Shown here piece by piece: positions 14,487 through 20,765 of a stretch of 20,765 nucleotides of DNA. Each line of letters starts with the position of its first letter. Positions within the stretch are counted from its first letter, which is position 1. The position numbers and the translations under genes are program-made. Origin of the DNA: a virus; IMG/VR virus record IMGVR_UViG_3300045988_172498; one strand, 5' to 3'. A model generated the notes under the pieces. The model had not been told where the DNA came from. It saw nothing but the letters and a program-made list of their open reading frames with translations, and ran no database searches.

Positions 14487-14742
14487 TTTCTATCACCTCT
14501 ATTTTGATTTCGTCTTTGTGTCTATCGATAAAATTATATAAAAAATAATCTCTGATTACATTATATAAAATATCATCTTTAAATTCTAAAATACTTTTTC
14601 CGTCTACTCTATCAGTATTTAACCTATAATAAAAAAGGTATGTAATTATATTGAGTGTTTCACTCAAACTGTTACATACCTTGTAATTATGTCCACTCAC
14701 TATAATAGTATTCTTTTTATCGTTTAAAGTTATATTAATCAT
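14470..14742 (-). CDS. Small protein (90 aa), possible Prp-like (DUF464) cysteine protease fold
   Basis: MINITLNDKKNTIIVSGHNYKVCNSLSETL resembles the Prp pattern (I.V.....G.I....VSGHA...G.DIVCAAVSAL) with His and Cys in order, though the His-Cys spacing is shorter. The C-terminus EIKIEVIE resembles the Prp ending NIRLNY. Weak, by-eye only. Confidence 0.35.
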   Translation of the reverse strand: MINITLNDKKNTIIVSGHNYKVCNSLSETLNIITYLFYYRLNTDRVDGKSILEFKDDILYNVIRDYFLYNFIDRHKDEIKIEVIEIEEEL

Positions 14743-15278
14743 TTATATTTGTGTCCTTTACTTGCACTAATAATTTTATTTTCGCAACATTTGTTTGTTT
14801 TATAGCTAATCAAAAATTTATCCCATTTATTATCTTTTTTATTTAAATCATAACAAACACTTATACAAGACCTTATTCCAATAAAATTGTCTATGTGACT
14901 AATTTCATTTACTAAAGGTATTGATGAATAATAGTCGTTATCGTCTATAACATTTGTAAACATTCCTAAATGGAATAATCGTGGGTCTAATTCTTTTTCA
15001 CTTTCTTTGATTATACTAAATACTAATATATTTGTAAATGGTGTTATTATTTTACCTCTTTTCATATATACTTGTTTAAAATCTTCATTGTTAACCTTAT
15101 TTGACGGATAACAATATTTATAACTTAAATAGTAATATAAATTAAGGTTTTTATCATAATATTGATAAATATATTTATTATCTAATTGTGTTTTTCTATC
15201 TTTTATTTTAACTATTAATTTATTTTTAAATTTAATATAAGTTATTATATCAAAATCAATCTTTTTAAATTCTTTCAT
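14739..15278 (-). CDS. Hypothetical structural-module protein (179 aa from the preferred start)
   Basis: The ORF track starts at 15320. The ATG at 15278 is preceded by AAAGGTGGA and avoids the 32-nt overlap with the upstream gene. The protein is rich in Cys, Tyr and Lys. No family recognised. Confidence 0.55.
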   Translation of the reverse strand: MKEFKKIDFDIITYIKFKNKLIVKIKDRKTQLDNKYIYQYYDKNLNLYYYLSYKYCYPSNKVNNEDFKQVYMKRGKIITPFTNILVFSIIKESEKELDPRLFHLGMFTNVIDDNDYYSSIPLVNEISHIDNFIGIRSCISVCYDLNKKDNKWDKFLISYKTNKCCENKIISASKGHKYK

Positions 15279-15288
15279 ATATCCACCT

Positions 15289-15933
15289 TTAAAAAATTTG
15301 CATAAATAATTTTTCATCACAAATATTATATATTTGATTATATATATTTGTTAATTGAGATAATGTATAATATAATTGATATAGTGGCTGTGAATTTCTA
15401 CCTTTACTTTCTGTTTCTGTATGATAGTCACCTTTGTTAAAATTTTCTAAAATTCTATTAGCATAATTAATTAAGCTATCATTATCTTTGTCAAAATTAA
15501 ATACAATGTTTTTGTTTGTTTCGGGTGTTGTATCTTCCAAATTTTTTGAACTTTGTCTAGTTTTATTGTCTGATGTAGTTTTATTATAGTTTGTACTCAT
15601 CAACTCTTCCAAACTTTCTTTTCTAAGTTGTTCTCCAACTCTTAACATATCAATACATTCAGTATTTAATATAACTGACAACTTGTTAAAAAAAGGTTCT
15701 ACTGTTTCAAATGATATTTCAGAATTAAAAAACTTTAATAAAAAGTTATCTTTAAAATCTTTAGTTAAATATTCATTAGGTGTAATTCTTTTCCAAAAAT
15801 ACTCACTTGTTTTGTCAATTAATTCTTGAGCTGATAAATAATCACCGTCTAATTCTGTTTGAAATAAATGTTGATTTCTATTCAGACTTTTCAGTATCTG
15901 TTGTATCGTCATTGTGTAGCGTGCCATTTTCAT
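15289..15933 (-). CDS. Putative lower collar protein (214 aa)
   Basis: It lies immediately downstream of the connector gene, as phi29 gene 11 does. No sequence motif is confidently recognised. The start is ambiguous: ATG at 15933 or at 15927, with GGAG 9 nt upstream of the latter. Confidence 0.45.
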   Translation of the reverse strand: MKMARYTMTIQQILKSLNRNQHLFQTELDGDYLSAQELIDKTSEYFWKRITPNEYLTKDFKDNFLLKFFNSEISFETVEPFFNKLSVILNTECIDMLRVGEQLRKESLEELMSTNYNKTTSDNKTRQSSKNLEDTTPETNKNIVFNFDKDNDSLINYANRILENFNKGDYHTETESKGRNSQPLYQLYYTLSQLTNIYNQIYNICDEKLFMQIF

Positions 15934-16930
15934 CTACTCCGTCAATTTCTAAATTCATCAAATCGTCAACACTTTCATCAAACATTTCCAAATTGTGAAT
16001 TTGAATATTCTTTGATATGTTAACTTCAATATCTAATCCATAGCATTGATTAATTAAATCTACAGATTTTCGTCTAGCTTTTAACCTACTTTCTAACGAA
16101 CTCGCAGTAATTCCGTCTTGTGAATTTACTTCATCTGTGATTAATCTTTCTTTCTTGCCATTATCATTATATGTTATACCAATATAATTTAAATAAGTAT
16201 TTATAATTCTCTTCTTTTCATTATATAAATCTTCTAAAACATTAGCGTTAGTATTTGCTAAATTTAAAACTTGTACTTTATCAAGTAAACTTGTTTCACC
16301 AATTCCTGCTTTGTCCTTTAAAGATTTCAAATAAATTACTTGTTCTCCATCTTGAATTTTTTGATAAAAATTTTTCATAGCGAGTTTGTTATCTTCACTA
16401 GTTAAAAAAACATAAGGACAACGATAAGTATTTCTGACAAGTCTTATTGTTTGTTCCAAGTCTGCCAATTCAACAGCAAATTTATCTGCATAATAAAAAG
16501 TTGAATTTTGAAAAAAGTCGTTATTTATAATTGTTACATTTTCAGTATTTAATAAATCACCATAATTATTTACATTATATTCAAATCTAGACAATTTGTG
16601 ATAATTTGGATTGGTAATTGTAAATTTTGTTGGATTTTCGTATATATCTAATTGATTTGATAAAGTCCCATTTTGAACGATAAATCCAAAGTTTTCATCT
16701 AATAAAAAGCCAACATATCCATTTAAATTTAACATTTTCTCCAAATATATTGGGTCAATACTATCAGGTAAATTTTCCCATTCAAACATACTAGTTATTA
16801 ATAAAACAAACCAGTTATAGTAAAAAATATACCAACTTGATTTGTTGTCGGTAGAGGATATATACCCTCTATCGACTTTATCAAGTAAACCACCATTTTT
16901 TAAATTTTTAATATAGTGTTTATAATTCAT
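15878..16930 (-). CDS. Head-tail connector/portal (upper collar) protein, phi29 gp10-like (350 aa)
   Basis: [28 protein letters not shown] matches recalled phi29 gp10 [43 protein letters not shown] matches KKERMVTDEVSSNDE. Confidence 0.93.
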   Translation of the reverse strand: [350 protein letters not shown]

Positions 16931-16932
16931 AA

Positions 16933-18177
16933 TTATTTGCCTTTGTTAACTTCTGCTAATAATTTTTCGTATTCTTCGTTAAATTCTTCTCCATCTAATT
17001 TTTCAAGTTTATTAACTTTCTTTTTGAAATTATTTCTTGTTGTTGTGTCTGTAATTTTATCGTCAGCTAATTTGTTCAATTCTTCTTCTTTATCGTTCAT
17101 TGAACTATCATAGTACACGTGCATATTTTCAAATAGTGAATAAGATACTATTTGATGATGATGTAAATAATAGTTATAAGACAAAGTATTTGGATTGAAT
17201 TGATTTACCATAGTGAACAATTTATCTTTTAATATTAAAGTATTCTTTGACAAAAGAACTGCAACAGGTTTTACTCCAGTAAATTTTCCGTCACCAAAAT
17301 AACGTTCAAAATCATCTACAACAATTTTTTTAGCCATTACACTAGCTTTGTTCATATTAAAAGCATTTGCCAACATCATATCTAAATCACTTGACAATTT
17401 CGCAGATACTAACAAATAAATATCATCTTCATCCGTAACTTGAGGAACTCCTGCTTGATTTTCAAATCTTGTTTTAGATGGTGTTTTAAATAAATTTACA
17501 CGTTGAATTAAATCTTTGTTAAAATCAACTAACCAATCTTCACTTTGTGTATTAACCTTTGTTGCTTTTGGTAACAAAGTTTTACCGTACGCTTGAACTG
17601 GTGTTAAAGATTTTGTAATAATATCTTTGATTTTTGAATATTCATCTAGTTGATCACTTGCTAAAATACTTGTTAACATTCTATCAACAAAACTGTCAAA
17701 TGAATTTTCATTAGCAAAAGCTTTTTGTGTCCAACTTCTTTCTATAGTACGTATATATTTATCTTCTCTGTTAATATCGTGATAAAAAGCTTTAATATCT
17801 GTGTCATAAAATTTATAAGGGTGTTCTTCACTTTTAGCGTCAAACTTTTGTGCCTCTGCTAATCCTACATAAATTTCTTGATATGTTTCTCCAAAATCAA
17901 AATTTTCAGTTTTAAAAATTGATAATGGGTTTGTCCAAGATAAAGACTTAACTACAGTCATACCAATTCTATTAATTAAGATATTAAAAAATTCGTTTTG
18001 GTGAATTTCATACAAAGAGTATGGAATATTATTGTGATTAATTTTTGTCAATGTATTTAATCTTGGAATATCTCTTTGATAACTTTCACTTGCCTCACTT
18101 CTAATAAAATTTAATAAATCAGCGTTGGAATATTGTTTTCCAGTTTGATTTTTCATATAAGTAGTTATTTTATTCAT
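16933..18177 (-). CDS. Major capsid protein, phi29 gp8-like (414 aa)
   Basis: NRIGMTVVKSLSWTNPLSIFK...EIYVGLAEAQKFD matches recalled phi29 gp8 [21 protein letters not shown]...EIYTDITKEKQYD. The size and the position upstream of the connector gene fit. Confidence 0.9.
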   Translation of the reverse strand: MNKITTYMKNQTGKQYSNADLLNFIRSEASESYQRDIPRLNTLTKINHNNIPYSLYEIHQNEFFNILINRIGMTVVKSLSWTNPLSIFKTENFDFGETYQEIYVGLAEAQKFDAKSEEHPYKFYDTDIKAFYHDINREDKYIRTIERSWTQKAFANENSFDSFVDRMLTSILASDQLDEYSKIKDIITKSLTPVQAYGKTLLPKATKVNTQSEDWLVDFNKDLIQRVNLFKTPSKTRFENQAGVPQVTDEDDIYLLVSAKLSSDLDMMLANAFNMNKASVMAKKIVVDDFERYFGDGKFTGVKPVAVLLSKNTLILKDKLFTMVNQFNPNTLSYNYYLHHHQIVSYSLFENMHVYYDSSMNDKEEELNKLADDKITDTTTRNNFKKKVNKLEKLDGEEFNEEYEKLLAEVNKGK

Positions 18178-18496
18178 TTATACCTAAGTCCTCCACTTCT
18201 GTATCTTCTGTAATTACTTCGACTTCTCCGTCTGTGTTTACAATTTCTTCAGATTGATTTTCTGTAACGTCTGGAGCTTGTGTTGTACTTTCTTCGACTG
18301 TATCAACAACTGTTTTTGGTTCTCTTTCGATTACATCAATTCTTCCATCATAATCTGTAAATCTTTGGTTAACATCATTTCTGAAATCATTAATTGAATT
18401 TGACAAACCGTTAACTGTTTCTTTTAATTGGTTAAATTCATCTTGTGATTTCTCTTTTCTAATTAGGTCGTGTTCTCCCCAATTAATTTTCATCAT
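18170..18496 (-). CDS. Acidic hypothetical protein (108 aa) immediately upstream of the capsid gene
   Basis: The ORF overlaps both neighbours by a few nt. The C-terminal half is strongly acidic (TEDTEVEDL). No family recognised. It could be a head-assembly or decoration factor. Confidence 0.6.
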   Translation of the reverse strand: MMKINWGEHDLIRKEKSQDEFNQLKETVNGLSNSINDFRNDVNQRFTDYDGRIDVIEREPKTVVDTVEESTTQAPDVTENQSEEIVNTDGEVEVITEDTEVEDLGINE

Positions 18497-18725
18497 TAAT
18501 TACCTCCATAGTATTTTTGACACCACTATATAAACCACAACTACTCAATCCATTAATTATGCCTATAATAACATTATTAGTATTAACTCCATAAGCAAGT
18601 AATGTTATTATAATACCCATAACTAAAGAGAAAAGTGGTATATACTTTTTGTCTACAATAAATTGTTTTTCTATTTCATTAATTCCAGTTAATATAGAAA
18701 TAATGATTATGTTTGTGATTTGCAT
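18483..18725 (-). CDS. Small membrane protein (80 aa), holin-like
   Basis: There are two or three hydrophobic segments (NIIIISILTGI, YIPLFSLVMGIIITLLAYGV, VIIGIINGLSSCGLYSGV) and a charged C-terminus, which is the size and topology of small Gram-positive phage holins. Confidence 0.5.
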   Translation of the reverse strand: MQITNIIIISILTGINEIEKQFIVDKKYIPLFSLVMGIIITLLAYGVNTNNVIIGIINGLSSCGLYSGVKNTMEVINDEN

Positions 18726-18733
18726 AAAAACCT

Positions 18734-19060
18734 CTAAAATATGTTACTTAAATCATCAATCCTTTGACTTTCTTGTTCAATTTCATCATCTTTTGTATCG
18801 TTGATTGAAATTTGTCGCATTAATCTGTTATTTGCTTTTCTAAGATTAATTATATCTTGATTACATTGTGAAATTTCATCTTCTAAGCTTTGTCTATTTT
18901 GTTCAAATTCTCCAATATAGCTTTTTAAATCAATTAAATTTTGTGTAGCAATATCGATTTCTGTACTGTCTTTACTTGATAAAGTACCTACAACATCATC
19001 AATAATAGATTGATAATCTTTTTTAATTTCTTCTTGTTCTTTCTTGTCTTTATCTCCCAT
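18734..19060 (-). CDS. Scaffolding protein, phi29 gp7-like (108 aa)
   Basis: This is the first gene of the late operon, as in phi29. It is acidic and coiled-coil. ANNRLMRQISI...QRIDDL resembles recalled phi29 gp7 SNSKLFRQIGL...ITIEDL. Confidence 0.7.
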   Translation of the reverse strand: MGDKDKKEQEEIKKDYQSIIDDVVGTLSSKDSTEIDIATQNLIDLKSYIGEFEQNRQSLEDEISQCNQDIINLRKANNRLMRQISINDTKDDEIEQESQRIDDLSNIF

Positions 19061-19159
19061 TTTTTATATTCCTTTCTTTCAACTCTGCAATCCCGACCAA
19101 CCTCCACATATTTAATAGTGCAGGAATATATGCATAGATTACAATTAATCTATACTTAT

Positions 19160-19188
19160 ATTATACCTAATACTTTACTAAAAGTCAA
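19160..19188 (-). promoter_or_regulatory. Sigma-A-type promoter of the late (structural/lysis) operon
   Basis: On the minus strand: TTGACT (19188-19183), a 17-bp spacer and TATAAT (19165-19160), preceded by TTATAAAAATA. The predicted leader to the ATG at 19060 is about 90 nt. Confidence 0.75.
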
Positions 19189-19193
19189 TATTT

Positions 19194-19502
19194 TTATAAA
19201 TCCTCTTGTTTAATAAATTGACCATCTATTGTTTTACCTTGTCTATTCTTGATTTTTAGATATGCAAGTTCTAAACACTCTTCAAAATCTATATCTAATT
19301 GTTTTGATAAAATTATTAGTGTGACAATAACATCACCAAATTCTAACTTCATATTTTCTTTGTTATCTTGAATAATTTCCTCTTTTAATTCAAAAACTTC
19401 CTCTAATACTTTTTCAAATTGCCTAAATCTATAATCTGAATAAATTAAATTTTTATCATATCCCCATTTTTCTACATTTTCTTTTAGTTCTTCAAATTTC
19501 AT
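19194..19502 (-). CDS. MazG-like all-alpha nucleoside triphosphate pyrophosphohydrolase (102 aa from the preferred start)
   Basis: The preferred ATG at 19502 is preceded by AAGAGGTG and forms an ATGA overlap with the upstream stop. The track start at 19559 lacks an RBS. The EExxE...ExxD metal-binding pattern is visible (VLEEVFELKEEI ... KLEFGDVIVTLIIL ... KIKNRQGK). Confidence 0.7.
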   Translation of the reverse strand: MKFEELKENVEKWGYDKNLIYSDYRFRQFEKVLEEVFELKEEIIQDNKENMKLEFGDVIVTLIILSKQLDIDFEECLELAYLKIKNRQGKTIDGQFIKQEDL

Positions 19503-19957
19503 ATTTTTACACCTCTTAATTTCCAATCTATACCATAACAATTCCATAAATAACAACATTTATAATTATCATATTTCATAATAATAAATTTTTCATTATA
19601 ACTTATTAATTTACCCTTTTTCTTTTCATAAATTTTTCCTCCTCTTGTTTCTTCTGTAATTTCAGTTAACAAATATCTTTTGTTTAACTCAACTTTATTT
19701 TTTAAAAAATAGTATTTATTTTTATAATTACCATTTATTAAATCAATCTTTTCCTTTTCACCTCTTTTATAAAGTCTATTTTTTAATCGTAAATCGTTCA
19801 ATTCTTTATCCATTACTATTTTATGTAATGTAGATTGATAGCACGTTCTATCAGTTTCCTCAAGGATAACATTCATTACCCTTGAGAAATTGGTATCTTT
19901 ATATTTTTTTATAATTTCCTTTACTTTGTTATGCTCTTCTTGTGACCATCTTGCCAT
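19499..19957 (-). CDS. Early protein with an N-terminal SANT/Myb-like motif (152 aa), possible DNA-binding regulator
   Basis: ARWSQEEHNKVKEIIKKY fits the W-(S/T)-x-E-E start of SANT/Myb repeats. RBS AAGGA is upstream. The rest is basic and Lys-rich. Confidence 0.55.
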   Translation of the reverse strand: MARWSQEEHNKVKEIIKKYKDTNFSRVMNVILEETDRTCYQSTLHKIVMDKELNDLRLKNRLYKRGEKEKIDLINGNYKNKYYFLKNKVELNKRYLLTEITEETRGGKIYEKKKGKLISYNEKFIIMKYDNYKCCYLWNCYGIDWKLRGVKI

Positions 19958-20309
19958 TATTTAAATCCTTGAAATAATCTAGTATACTGTAAAAACTCAT
20001 AACTGTTAAATAAAATGATATTAAATATGATATTCTCATTGTTTTGCCATCTTCATCTTCAAATAACATACAATTATAAATATCATCATCACCAATATAA
20101 CAAAATTCTGTTATATCTTCGATATTTCTTGCAAATTCTTTTATTATAGATTGCTTGAAAAGTTGCCAAGAATAATCAGCTTGTGTATAATTAAAATAAA
20201 CGCCATATTCATTTAAATTTTTATTATATTCTTTTTCGTCTATATCTTCCCATTTATCAACTGTTTCAACTTTATTTATAAAATCTAATAAATCTTCTTT
20301 GTTTAACAT
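19929..20309 (-). CDS. Hypothetical early protein (126 aa), paralog of ORF 459..794
   Basis: RBS AAGAGGTATTAAA-ATG has the same leader as the leftmost gene. There is N-terminal similarity to ORF 459..794. Confidence 0.75.
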   Translation of the reverse strand: MLNKEDLLDFINKVETVDKWEDIDEKEYNKNLNEYGVYFNYTQADYSWQLFKQSIIKEFARNIEDITEFCYIGDDDIYNCMLFEDEDGKTMRISYLISFYLTVMSFYSILDYFKDLNNGKMVTRRA

Positions 20310-20340
20310 TTTAATACCTCTTTTCCTTTTCTTTAATTAA

Positions 20341-20369
20341 ATTATATCACGTATTTTGTAGTTTGTCAA
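20341..20369 (-). promoter_or_regulatory. Sigma-A-type promoter for the right early operon
   Basis: On the minus strand: TTGACA (20369-20364), a 17-bp spacer and TGaTATAAT (TATAAT at 20346-20341), preceded by TATAAAAAAGTG. Confidence 0.8.
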
Positions 20370-20422
20370 CACTTTTTTATAACTTTATTTATTGTGTGTC
20401 AACCTCTCTTTACTATATCTAT

Positions 20423-20451
20423 ATTATAGCACGATTACTCCATCTTGTCAA
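20423..20451 (-). promoter_or_regulatory. Sigma-A-type promoter inside the right ITR, firing inward (mirror of 315..343)
   Basis: This is the ITR copy of the TTGACA, 17 bp, TGcTATAAT promoter. Confidence 0.8.
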
Positions 20452-20512
20452 CACTTTTTTATATGTTTATTTATAATATGTATATCTATCTACATAGAAC
20501 AAATGTTTAGAA

Positions 20513-20551
20513 CATGTTTTCTATATTGTATATTGTTATATTAGTTATATT
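20513..20551 (+). repeat. Internal direct-orientation copy of the left-terminal 39-mer (mirror of 215..253)
   Basis: 20513..20551 equals 1..39 and is the reverse complement of 20727..20765. Confidence 0.95.
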
Positions 20552-20765
20552 GTATAATATGTATAGAACGTATGTTCGATTTTGGACAAAAATTTTGTCT
20601 GCGTTCAGAATAATTATAATTATAATGAATTTTTTAGTATAGATTATGAAAAATAATATACCTATAGTCCAATTAGTTATAAAATATAATAGTTATTGGG
20701 GAAAAAAAGGGTAAAAATGTATTATTAATATAACTAATATAACAATATACAATATAGAAAACATG

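Larger units (their letters stand above)
20384..20765. repeat. Right inverted terminal repeat (ITR), 382 bp
   Basis: Perfect reverse complement of 1..382. Confidence 0.95.

Noticed and set aside
20553-20765. Outward-facing TGTATAAT (20551-20558, mirror at 208-215) that could drive an RNA of about 200 nt toward the genome end, reminiscent of the phi29 pRNA
   Set aside because: No acceptable -35 hexamer occurs at 16-18 bp spacing, and the TG is one position off the extended -10 consensus. TATAAT-like hexamers are common by chance in DNA this AT-rich. It is kept only as a locus to inspect in RNA-seq.
1-20765. Prophage or integrated element, or circularly permuted genome
   Set aside because: There are no integrase, repressor, att-like direct repeats or host flanks. 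Perfect inverted (not direct) terminal repeats, together with the TP and protein-primed polB, indicate a linear virion genome with covalently bound terminal protein.

Overview
The window appears to be one complete linear genome of a small, very AT-rich phi29-like (protein-primed, Picovirinae/Salasmaviridae-type) podophage. It starts and ends with a perfect 382-bp inverted terminal repeat (ITR: 1..382 and 20384..20765).

Layout:
- A left early block on the + strand (459..5413) holds five small ORFan genes, then a bacterial-type OB-fold SSB, a putative terminal protein and a protein-primed family-B DNA polymerase.
- A bidirectional terminator sits at about 5411..5445.
- One long minus-strand late operon (19060 down to 5438) encodes a gp7-like scaffold, a small membrane protein, an acidic protein, the major capsid, the connector/portal, a putative lower collar, two small proteins, a coiled-coil fibre with H-T-H repeats, two further tail proteins, a split tail knob carrying M23 peptidase and glucosaminidase domains, a gp16-like packaging ATPase, a small membrane protein and a GH25 endolysin.
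- A right early block on the minus strand (20309..19194) encodes a paralog of the leftmost gene, a SANT/Myb-like protein and a MazG-like NTP pyrophosphohydrolase.

Seven near-consensus sigma-A-type promoters (TTGACA, 17 bp, TATAAT) are visible, most built from one repeated promoter/5'UTR/RBS cassette. I saw no integrase, repressor, tRNA, CRISPR array or recognisable pRNA.

Most notable observations:
- The phi29 gp9-type tail knob is split into two ORFs, with lysin domains fused to the N-terminal half.
- The ITR has nested architecture: the terminal 39-mer occurs four times in the genome.
- The two genome ends mirror each other beyond the ITR, with promoter cassettes and paralogous first genes.
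- The endolysin has a likely internal translation start.
- There is a possible Prp-like mini-protease in the tail module.

All homology statements come from by-eye motif recognition and recalled reference sequences, so they need database confirmation.
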